Shown one piece after another: positions 9,556-17,924 of a stretch of DNA of 64,000 nt; within the stretch, counting starts at the first letter, position 1, and each line of letters starts with the position of its first letter. The notes beneath the pieces are model-generated. The model was not told the DNA's origin. It did no database searches and saw only the letters and a program-made list of their open reading frames with translations. A program made the translations under genes and the position numbers. This DNA comes from a virus (lineage: Duplodnaviria; Caudoviricetes), in IMG/VR virus record IMGVR_UViG_3300043748_000039, positions 7,899 through 71,898 of that record. One strand, 5' to 3'.

Positions 9556-11094
9556 ATGACTGTCTACAAGCGGCCTGGTGTCTACATCTCGGAGACGCTG
9601 ACCCCGCTCACCCAGACCGTGGAGACGCCGGGCGCGTCCGTCGCGGCCTTCGTCGGCACGAACAAGCAGGGCGGCCCGCTGGCTCCCACGCTGGTGTCGT
9701 CCTGGTCCCAGTACGTGGCCACCTACGGCTCCTTCGGGGACACCACCGATCTGCTGCCGTTCGCGGTCTACGCCTACTTCAACAACGGCGGCAACGCGGC
9801 CTACATCGTGCGCGCTGCGGCCTCCGATGCGGTGGCGGCCTCCGTCTCGCTGAACGACTCGGAGACAACTCCGCAGGCCACCCTGAAGGTCTCTGCGATA
9901 TCTTCGGGCGCCTGGGGCAACCAGATCCACATCGACGTCGCCGCGTCCGCGTCCGGTGGTGGCCGGTTCGACCTGTACGTCTACGTTGGCGGTACGACGA
10001 CGGCCTTCCTGAAGGAGCGCTTCACCGAGGTCTCCCTGAACCCGGCCGACTCCCGCAACGCGCAGGCGCTGATCAACTCCCCGGTCACCGGCTCGTCCTT
10101 CATCCAGGTCAAGAGCCTGCTTAATACCACGTGGGACCCGACCCACGCCCCGGCCGCCCAGACCGGCACTGCGCTGGCCAGTGGTTCCGACGGTACGGCC
10201 TCGGTCGACCTGGCGACGGCGACCAAGGCTCTGGAGGTCGTCGAGGAGAACCTGGTCCTCAACCTGCCGGGTGTCTCCGACGCGACGGTGCTCAACCCGA
10301 TCATTGCGTGGGCCGAGACGCAGGGCAGCGTGTTCGTCGTCGTGGACGGCGTGAAGCCCACCAGCGCCGACAACGCCCACTCCTACGCCCTGTCCCTCCA
10401 GAACATGTCCACGGGAGGCTCCGCGCTGACGGACTCCTCCTACGCGGCCGTCTACGGTCCCTGGCTGATCGTTAATGACCCGGCGACCGCCGCCTCGGGC
10501 TCGGCCCGACTGCTTCCTCCGGGCGGTGCTGTTCTCGGCCAGTACTCCCGCACGGACTCCTCGCGCGGCGTGCAGAAGCCCCCGGCCGGTGTCGACACCG
10601 CGCTGCGGGGGGTGCTGGACGTTCAGTTCCGGTTCTCCAACGACGACCAGGACACGCTGAACGTCGCGGGCATCAACGTCATCAAGTCGCTGCCGGGCAC
10701 CGGCTTCGTCATCTACGGCGCCCGCACCCTGTCGACCGACATGCCGGACCGCTACGTCTCGGTCCGCCGGTCGCTGATGCTGATCAAGAAGGGCATCCTC
10801 GACGCCACCCGGTTCGCGGTGTTCGAGCCCAACGACCAGGTCCTGTGGGACCAGGTCAGCGCGGTCATCTCCCAGTACCTGCTGACCCTCATGCAGACCG
10901 GAGTGCTGGCCGGATCCACCCCGGAGCAGGCGTACTTCGTCGTCTGCGACTCGTCCAACAACACCGGCACTTCGGTGGCCAACGGCGTCGTGAACATCTC
11001 CGTCGGCGTCGCGCTTGAGACCCCGGCCGAGTTCATCGTGATCTCGATCGGTCAGTACTCCGGCGGCTCTTCCGCAACCGAGATCGCTTCCTGA
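9556..11094 (+). CDS. contractile tail sheath protein
   Basis: 'YKRPGVYISE', 'YFNNGG', 'RGVQKPPAG', 'YGARTL...RYVSVRR', 'FAVFEPND'. Confidence 0.95.
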   Translation: MTVYKRPGVYISETLTPLTQTVETPGASVAAFVGTNKQGGPLAPTLVSSWSQYVATYGSFGDTTDLLPFAVYAYFNNGGNAAYIVRAAASDAVAASVSLNDSETTPQATLKVSAISSGAWGNQIHIDVAASASGGGRFDLYVYVGGTTTAFLKERFTEVSLNPADSRNAQALINSPVTGSSFIQVKSLLNTTWDPTHAPAAQTGTALASGSDGTASVDLATATKALEVVEENLVLNLPGVSDATVLNPIIAWAETQGSVFVVVDGVKPTSADNAHSYALSLQNMSTGGSALTDSSYAAVYGPWLIVNDPATAASGSARLLPPGGAVLGQYSRTDSSRGVQKPPAGVDTALRGVLDVQFRFSNDDQDTLNVAGINVIKSLPGTGFVIYGARTLSTDMPDRYVSVRRSLMLIKKGILDATRFAVFEPNDQVLWDQVSAVISQYLLTLMQTGVLAGSTPEQAYFVVCDSSNNTGTSVANGVVNISVGVALETPAEFIVISIGQYSGGSSATEIAS

Positions 11095-11110
11095 GAGAGG
11101 TAACTGACTG

Positions 11111-11662
11111 ATGGCTACGACCACTTCGACCGTCGGACACATCGCCACGGATCCCTTGAGAAACTTCAAGTTTCAAGTACAGATCCAGCACCCCGGCATC
11201 AAGGGCTTCGCCCGCATGGGCTTCATGTCCGTTTCCGGGCTGAACGTCACGACTGAGGTGATTCCATACCGTGAGGGCGGTATGAACACTACGACCCAGA
11301 AAATGCCGGGCCAGTCGGACTTCGCCCCCATCACCCTTTCCAAGGGTCTCGCGGTCGGCGACTCGCAGATGATGGACTGGATGCGGCAGTTGTTCACTGT
11401 CCTCCAGGGAACCGGAAACGGAAAGGCCGGTGCGGAGTTCCGGCACATGATCGACATCAAGGTGCTCGACCACCCGGTGACTTCCGGCTCCACTCCCGCC
11501 AAGGCCGCATTCCGCGTCTACAACGCCTGGCCCACGGCGGTTGCCTTCTCGGACCTCGACGCGGGCGCCAACGCGATCATCGTCCAGCAGATGACCCTCG
11601 CGCACGAGGGCTTCGAGTTCAAGTTGGCTAACAGCACGGGCTCGTCTTCCGTTAGTTTCTAA
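11111..11662 (+). CDS. tail tube protein (T4 gp19-like)
   Basis: 'DPLRNFKFQV', 'FMSVSGL...YREGG', 'VYNAWP...SDLDAG...LAHEGF'. Confidence 0.92.
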   Translation: MATTTSTVGHIATDPLRNFKFQVQIQHPGIKGFARMGFMSVSGLNVTTEVIPYREGGMNTTTQKMPGQSDFAPITLSKGLAVGDSQMMDWMRQLFTVLQGTGNGKAGAEFRHMIDIKVLDHPVTSGSTPAKAAFRVYNAWPTAVAFSDLDAGANAIIVQQMTLAHEGFEFKLANSTGSSSVSF

Positions 11663-11698
11663 TAGCGGATTCCCGAGACTCAACTAGGAGCAAAACCA

Positions 11699-12562
11699 GT
11701 GGCTAACGACCTTAATACCGAGGGGTACTCCAACCCCCTTGCGAACCCTGGTGCAGCAAACGCCGCCATCGCGGCGGTACTCAACCAGGGCGGCGAGGTC
11801 GCAAAGCCCGAGATCGCTCTCCCGGCAGGTGGTAATTTCCGCCTGCCGGGAGGCTACGTCTTGGGCAACGACTTCCCCAGCACCCGTTACGACGCCGAGG
11901 TCCGGGAACTGACCGGCGCGGACGAAGAGGCCATCACCAAGGCCCGCCAGGGCGGCGTCGGCAAGTTCATCTCCACCCTGCTCGCCTCCGGGACAGTATC
12001 CGTGGGCGGTGATCAGTCCAGCCCAGTCCTGCTGGCCAACCTCCTGCTCGGCGACCGCGACATGCTCCTGATGGAGATCCGGCGCGCGACCTACGGCGAC
12101 GAGATCGTCTGGGACCGGTTCTCCTGCATGCACTGCGGCGAGGAGTTCCGCCTGTCCGTCACCCTCGACGAGATCCCCATCCGGCGCCTGGACGACCCCT
12201 CCCAGCGCATCTTCGAAGTCGAACTGCGCAAGGGCCGAAAGGCATTCGTCCGGCTTCCCGTCGGCAACGACCAGGACGCAATCCTCGCCGTCGTCGACCG
12301 GGCCACCGAGTCCGAACAGAACACCCTCCTGCTTTCCCGCTGCCTCATCTCTGTGGTCGAGGCCGACGGCAGTGAGAATGCCGTCAGCGGAAATCCCGAC
12401 TTCGCCCGCTCTCTGGGAATCGTCGACCGCCAGCGCATCCTCGACGCGATTGAGAACAAGCAGCCGGGTCCCCAATACAATGGGGTCAAGTTCACGCACG
12501 AATCGTGCGGAAAGGAGGTCCCCCTCTTCATTACGGCGGGGGATCTGTTTCAGGGCCTGTAA
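11699..12562 (+). CDS. tail assembly chaperone / baseplate hub assembly protein (T4 gp26-like)
   Basis: GTG start, RBS AGGAG; 'VRELTGADEE', 'LLLGDRDMLLMEIRRATYG', CxxC and 'HESCG'; between tube and tape measure. Confidence 0.75.
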   Translation: MANDLNTEGYSNPLANPGAANAAIAAVLNQGGEVAKPEIALPAGGNFRLPGGYVLGNDFPSTRYDAEVRELTGADEEAITKARQGGVGKFISTLLASGTVSVGGDQSSPVLLANLLLGDRDMLLMEIRRATYGDEIVWDRFSCMHCGEEFRLSVTLDEIPIRRLDDPSQRIFEVELRKGRKAFVRLPVGNDQDAILAVVDRATESEQNTLLLSRCLISVVEADGSENAVSGNPDFARSLGIVDRQRILDAIENKQPGPQYNGVKFTHESCGKEVPLFITAGDLFQGL

Positions 12563-12722
12563 CTACCACGACACGTACTTCGAATACGAGCAACTAGTCG
12601 AACTAAGTCCGGCGTGGAGCCTCAGCGAGATTCGCCGGTTGACCGTGCGCGAGCGTCTTCACTGGGTGAAGTGGTTCAGGGCGCAGCGACATAGGCGAAT
12701 TGCTGAGGCAGAGAATGGCTGA
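12543..12722 (+). CDS. probable frameshift extension of tail assembly chaperone
   Basis: +1 frame open across chaperone stop: 'YHDTYFEYEQLVELSPAWSLSEIRRLTVRERLHWVKWF'; no start codon after 12562; G5 run at 12538-12542. Confidence 0.55.
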   Translation: MCFRACNYHDTYFEYEQLVELSPAWSLSEIRRLTVRERLHWVKWFRAQRHRRIAEAENG

Positions 12723-15700
12723 GAGCACAGTGGCGGGGCAGGGAACGCTCCTGGGATGGAACAAGGCCCAGGACGCGATCTCTGCCCTCGGGCGTAACGT
12801 CGAGAACCTGAACAAGGGTCTGGCCGACGCCGCGCAGAAGATGAAGACGATCGGCGCGGGGGTAGGCGGGTTCTCCGGCGGCGTCTGGGGCAGCATGGGC
12901 GGCCAGCCCTACGGCCCGAGCACCTACAACCAGAGCGTTGCCAACGCGGCCCGAGCCCGGGGCCTGCTCGTCAACGACGTCTGGAACGGCTCCAGCAACT
13001 CCTCCAGGTACGCGGGCAACGGCGGCCGGGGAGGCTCCGGGGGCGCCAACATGCCCCGTCTGGGCGGAGGCGCGGCCAACAACGGCGGGCGCCCGCGCTA
13101 CACCCTCAAGGGCGGCCTCCAGGGCGTCGTCTCCTGGGGCCAGAAGCAGTTGCCCGACCAGGTCGTCATGCAGACGACCGCCTACCAGGCTGCGCAGTAC
13201 TCCTCCCAGTCCTGGCACACGCTGCGTGACGCGGCCTTCAAGAACAACTTCACCGCCCAGTCCACCCAGGACGCCGCGTCGGCGTACGGCACGATGTCGC
13301 AGATGGGCATGTCGCCCGGCTCTGCGAACTTCAACACGAACTGGAACTACGTCAAGGGCACCTCGGGCTACATGAACCCGGGCATGTCCGAGGCGGCGCG
13401 AGCGCAGGGTACGGCCGCAGCGTGGAGCGCTTCGACGTACAACACGCTGCGCGGCATGGGCATCCAGACGATCAAGAACGGCACGAAGCAGAGCCCGCGA
13501 CAGATAGCCCAGCAGATCTACCAGCGGTTCCCGGAACTCAAGCGGGTCAAGACGAACGCGCAGTTGTCGGCGACTCTCGACGACCCGGGCTCGGGCCTGA
13601 ACCAGTCGCTGAACTCCTGGGGCCTGGACCCGAACACCCTGCAACTGGTCAAGGGCGAACTCAAGGGCATGATGCTCGCGCAGATCCACGGCGGCTCTGC
13701 GCAGACGTACGTCAGCCTCGCCAACCAGCGTGACAGCGGCTCCAACCAGGAGAAGAAGAACGCTGCCCAGAGCGCGCTCGGAAAGATGGGCATCGGCGGG
13801 TCGACCGCCAACACCCTGATGACTCGCGCGGGCACCCTGCGTAACCAGGACGTCAACACCAACGACGCCTTCACGTCCGGTCTCCAGACCGCGACGAAGT
13901 ACCTGGACATGTTCTCCACCGCACTCCAGGGCGTCCTGAAGTCGACCGGCGCGGACAGCGTCCTGGGCTTCGCCGGAGGCGCTGGCTCCCTGCTGGGCTC
14001 CAGCATCGGCACCGGTATCGGCGCCTACGGAACCGTGCGCGGTCTCAGCATGGCGGGCCGCCTGTTCGGCATGGGCGGAGGGGGAGGCGGTGGCGGAGGT
14101 CTGCTCGGCGGCCTTCGTGGCGCCCTGGGTGGCGGTACGGGCGAGGCTGCGGGCTTCGGCGCTGCGGGCGGAATGCTTGACCTGTCCGCAGGCGCCCTGG
14201 GCATGGCTGGTGCCTTCGGCATCGGCTCCTACCTGACCCACCACTTCGGCTCGAAGCTGGTCGACAAGTACGTCCACGGCAAGACGGCCAACAAGTGGAG
14301 CCACGTCGGCGTGGACGCCGCGTCCGGCGCTCTCGCAGGCGCCGCTGTCGGCTCCGTCGTCCCCGGCCTCGGTACCGCAATCGGTGCGGGCGTCGGTGGC
14401 GTGATCGGCGCGGGCATGGGTATCTACAGCAACTTCTTCGGCGGTGACGGCTCCTCGGGCGGGGCGGCTGCCGCCACGGGCAGCAAGACGTCCGGAGCGA
14501 AGGCCACGGGTACGCAGGGCGCTGGCAAGACGGCCGCTGCGGTCATCAAGGTCGCCATGAAGTACCTGGGCGTGAAGTACGTCTGGGGTGGCTCCACGCC
14601 GAAGGGCTTCGACTGCTCCGGCCTGATCCAGTACTCGTTCCGGCAGATCGGCGTGTCCCTGCCCCGTACGGCCGCGCAGCAGCAGCGGGCGGGCAAGAAG
14701 GTCAAACTCAGCGACGTGCGCGCGGGAGACCTGCTCTTCAACGGCGACCCGGCGCACCACGTCGTGATGTGCGTAGGCGGTGGCAAGATCATCGAGGCGC
14801 CGCACACGGGATCCGTGGTCCGCATCCGGTCCTTCCGGCCGAGCGAGTTCACCAACGCGGTGCGGATCCTCGGCGCCGTCGGCAACATGAACGACATCGG
14901 CAGCGACAGCGAGTCCACTGCCGGGTCCGACTCCAACCGGCTGTCCACCATGGGCTTCGGCGGTGACGTCGGCTCGTACGGCTCGACCGAGGAGGCCGAC
15001 GCCATCGCGTCCGGCATCTCCTCGTCCGGCACGGTCACCGGCTCCAGCGCAGGGACCAACAAGGACTCGACGAACGACACATCCAACGACTCGATCCCGA
15101 CCAACATGCCGTCCGGCAACGTCAAGAAGTGGATCAAGACCGCGCTCGGGATCCTGCACCAGGACACCAGCCACAACGAGTCCATCGTCAACACGATGAT
15201 CCAGTTCGAGTCCAGCGGGAACCCCCACGCGATCAACCGGACCGACTCCAACGCCCGCGCCGGTACGCCGTCCAAGGGCATCATGCAGGTCATTGACCCC
15301 ACGTTCGCCCGCTGGTCGATCAAGGGGCACAAGGACATCTGGAACCCCGTCGACAACATCATCGCGGGCGTGCGCTACGAGGAAGGGCGCTACCACAGCC
15401 TGGACAACGCGCCCGGCATCAAGTCGATGGCGAACGGCGGTAAGTACAAGGGGTACGCGGTCGGCTCGACGAACATCGACGTCGACCAGATGGCACGCGT
15501 CCACGCGGGCGAGATGATCATCCCGGCCTACCAGGCAGACGCCATTCGCAAGGTCCTGACCGGGAACAACCCCATGTCCAGCGTCGGCGGGCTTAATACC
15601 AAGGGCGCCACGCCCACCCTGAACTTCCACTCCGGTGCGATCACCGTGCAGGTGCAGGGCGTCATGGACCAGCGCGCGGCCCGGGATGCTGCCCAGCAGT

Positions 15701-15756
15701 TCATGCAGGCCATCGCCGAGGACAACCGAATCAACCTCATCGCGGCAGGGAACTAA
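12715..15756 (+). CDS. tape measure protein with NlpC/P60 peptidase and lytic transglycosylase domains
   Basis: ~1013 aa G/A-rich; NlpC/P60 'YLGVKYVWGG..GFDCSGL...HV' (~14545-14880); SLT-like 'ESSGNPHAIN...SKGIMQVIDPTF...DNIIAG' (~15120-15420). Confidence 0.88.
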   Translation: MAESTVAGQGTLLGWNKAQDAISALGRNVENLNKGLADAAQKMKTIGAGVGGFSGGVWGSMGGQPYGPSTYNQSVANAARARGLLVNDVWNGSSNSSRYAGNGGRGGSGGANMPRLGGGAANNGGRPRYTLKGGLQGVVSWGQKQLPDQVVMQTTAYQAAQYSSQSWHTLRDAAFKNNFTAQSTQDAASAYGTMSQMGMSPGSANFNTNWNYVKGTSGYMNPGMSEAARAQGTAAAWSASTYNTLRGMGIQTIKNGTKQSPRQIAQQIYQRFPELKRVKTNAQLSATLDDPGSGLNQSLNSWGLDPNTLQLVKGELKGMMLAQIHGGSAQTYVSLANQRDSGSNQEKKNAAQSALGKMGIGGSTANTLMTRAGTLRNQDVNTNDAFTSGLQTATKYLDMFSTALQGVLKSTGADSVLGFAGGAGSLLGSSIGTGIGAYGTVRGLSMAGRLFGMGGGGGGGGGLLGGLRGALGGGTGEAAGFGAAGGMLDLSAGALGMAGAFGIGSYLTHHFGSKLVDKYVHGKTANKWSHVGVDAASGALAGAAVGSVVPGLGTAIGAGVGGVIGAGMGIYSNFFGGDGSSGGAAAATGSKTSGAKATGTQGAGKTAAAVIKVAMKYLGVKYVWGGSTPKGFDCSGLIQYSFRQIGVSLPRTAAQQQRAGKKVKLSDVRAGDLLFNGDPAHHVVMCVGGGKIIEAPHTGSVVRIRSFRPSEFTNAVRILGAVGNMNDIGSDSESTAGSDSNRLSTMGFGGDVGSYGSTEEADAIASGISSSGTVTGSSAGTNKDSTNDTSNDSIPTNMPSGNVKKWIKTALGILHQDTSHNESIVNTMIQFESSGNPHAINRTDSNARAGTPSKGIMQVIDPTFARWSIKGHKDIWNPVDNIIAGVRYEEGRYHSLDNAPGIKSMANGGKYKGYAVGSTNIDVDQMARVHAGEMIIPAYQADAIRKVLTGNNPMSSVGGLNTKGATPTLNFHSGAITVQVQGVMDQRAARDAAQQFMQAIAEDNRINLIAAGN

Positions 15757-16514
15757 TGGCTACGCGGATCCAGGACAATGGCACCTTCGACCCTCGGATA
15801 ACGAAACTCCCCGGTCTTCAGTCACTTGTGGGCGGGGGGAAGAAGTTGAGCCGTGGCTTCATCATTCAGGAGAAGCCGGTCGACGGCGTGCGCTACCGCT
15901 GCAATTTCCTTTACAACCCGAGCGTCCTGAACGTTTCGCATTCCGTGAATCCCGCGCTCATGGTGGACGACGACGCCATCAACCCTAACGATGTGACGGC
16001 ACAGGACCTCCTTATGCCGATGCAGCAGACAGTCCAGTTCAACCTGCTGTTCGACCGGACCTACGAGATGTGGGACCCGTCCCGGGTGTCCGGCGCCGAG
16101 AACGTATTCGTACCCGCGCTCGGTGTCGGCTGGGATATTTCCATGCTCTACAAGATAACCGGCATCTCCGCGACCGTAGAGGTGACCGGAGACGGGAAAG
16201 ACGCCAAGGGCGACTCCTCTAAGTCGTTCCGAAAGGGGCAGTTCAGTTTCGACGCGTCCGGACCCATGCTGTACAACCCGGTCTACCTCGTCGTCGGTGA
16301 CACCCTGAATTACTACGGCGTCATCCAGGAACTGGACATCCAGTACACCCACTGGACTCAGCAGATGATCCCGTCGCGCTGCCAGGTGTCCATCACCTTT
16401 CAGTTGCTTCCTAAGCCGAAGGGCGGAGGAGAATTCGTGTCCTTCGGAAGGCTCCCCGCAGGAATGACCCCGGACGACTTCGCTAAAGGGGCAAACGGAA
16501 AGGGCGGACGATGA
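15756..16514 (+). CDS. baseplate / tube-initiator protein
   Basis: 252 aa after tape measure; 'CNFLYNPS', 'LLFDRTYE', 'IPSRCQVSITF'. Confidence 0.6.
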   Translation: MATRIQDNGTFDPRITKLPGLQSLVGGGKKLSRGFIIQEKPVDGVRYRCNFLYNPSVLNVSHSVNPALMVDDDAINPNDVTAQDLLMPMQQTVQFNLLFDRTYEMWDPSRVSGAENVFVPALGVGWDISMLYKITGISATVEVTGDGKDAKGDSSKSFRKGQFSFDASGPMLYNPVYLVVGDTLNYYGVIQELDIQYTHWTQQMIPSRCQVSITFQLLPKPKGGGEFVSFGRLPAGMTPDDFAKGANGKGGR

Positions 16515-16783
16515 TCTCTGCTGACTCCAGGTACGCAGACTCAAACCTCACGCTGGTCGCCTCCGGGCGCGGCACGAACCTCACCGTTGTGCCCGGCCAG
16601 CAGCGTGAGTGGGCGTTCAACTTCACCTACCACCAGTTGAACGGCACCGACCGTATCGACCTGCTCGCCGTGCAGTTCTTCGGGGACGCACGGAAGTGGT
16701 GGAACATCGCCGACGCCAACCCCGAGATCCTGGACTGGACCGTCCTGACGCCGGGGCAGATCATCAGGATCCCGAATGCCTGA
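16511..16783 (+). CDS. LysM / tail-X-like baseplate protein
   Basis: 'GTDRIDLLAVQFFGDARKWWNIADANPEI...PGQIIRIP'. Confidence 0.8.
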   Translation: MISADSRYADSNLTLVASGRGTNLTVVPGQQREWAFNFTYHQLNGTDRIDLLAVQFFGDARKWWNIADANPEILDWTVLTPGQIIRIPNA

Positions 16784-17924
16784 GCAGAGCCCTGTCACCG
16801 ACCTGTCCATCTCCGGCAACCGGATCACCAGCACCATCAAGCGCGTCGAGGTCCGCGAGGGCTACGGCACGCACTCCATGGCGATCGTGGACGTGACGAC
16901 CGGCGCCGCCAGCTCGCCCTACACCGAGCTGGCCCCTGTCGTGCTCGACTACGGCCGCAGCCCCAACGACATCGTCCGCTGGTACGGCTACGTGCACCAC
17001 TCCAGCATCCTGGCCAGCACCAGTTCCAAGACGGTCACCGCACGCTACGTGTGCATCGGCACCAGCCTGCCGCTGAACATCCAGCGGACCAGGTCGTGGA
17101 AGAACGTCAGCCCCACCTCCATCGTCCGCCAGGTCGGCCGCCAGAACGGGCTGAGGACGGTCATCTCCCCATCCGCCCGTAGGCTCACCTACTGGGCGCA
17201 GAGCGGACAGAGCGACTTCAAGCTGCTCCAGGACCTGGCGCACGAAGTCGGCTTCCGGTTCTGGGTGGAAGGGACGACGCTCTACTTCCTCGACCCACGG
17301 ATCCTCCTGCTGGGACAGAAGGCCCAGAACATCCCGGTGTTCTCGAAGAACCAGCAGCCCGGGGTGATGGACACCCTCCGGGAGTTGTCGATCCTGACAG
17401 GCACCATGGTTCCCCGCCAGAACGGCACTGCGGGCACCAACAGCATCTCCGGCCTGGACGCCAAGACCGGGCGAGTGATCAAGGCGTCGTCCGCGTCGGA
17501 CACAGGGGCGGCTGCATTCCTCAATTCCATAACGACTGCTCGGGCCGTCGACAACTACGCGGACGCGCAGGCTCTTATGGAGGCCCGCACGCTCGCCTCG
17601 CGTGGCTGGATCACCATGCAGGCTGCCCTGTACGGCACCGCAAAGGTGGCGCCGGGAACCCTTATCGGAATCACCGGCAAATCGGTTTCTACGGAGAATG
17701 CGGGCCGGTGGATGGTGACGGGCACCAAGCACATCATCAACCGGGATAAGTCCCACAGCGGTCTGGTGTTCACGACCACCGTGGATGCGGAAAGGGACCA
17801 GCCCTACGCGGTAACATTCCGGAGCGATGCGAACAAGCGTTTCAAGTTCGACTCCGTCCCTGCTGTTCTGAGGAACAAGCAGTTCTGGGAATCGAGTCTT
17901 CTGGAGGACATCAATGTCGGCTGA
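16776..17924 (+). CDS. baseplate hub protein (gpD/gp27-like)
   Basis: 382 aa; 'QSGQSDFKLLQDLAHEVGF...EGTTLYF', 'PGTLIGITG...GRWMVTGTKH'. Confidence 0.75.
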   Translation: MPEQSPVTDLSISGNRITSTIKRVEVREGYGTHSMAIVDVTTGAASSPYTELAPVVLDYGRSPNDIVRWYGYVHHSSILASTSSKTVTARYVCIGTSLPLNIQRTRSWKNVSPTSIVRQVGRQNGLRTVISPSARRLTYWAQSGQSDFKLLQDLAHEVGFRFWVEGTTLYFLDPRILLLGQKAQNIPVFSKNQQPGVMDTLRELSILTGTMVPRQNGTAGTNSISGLDAKTGRVIKASSASDTGAAAFLNSITTARAVDNYADAQALMEARTLASRGWITMQAALYGTAKVAPGTLIGITGKSVSTENAGRWMVTGTKHIINRDKSHSGLVFTTTVDAERDQPYAVTFRSDANKRFKFDSVPAVLRNKQFWESSLLEDINVG

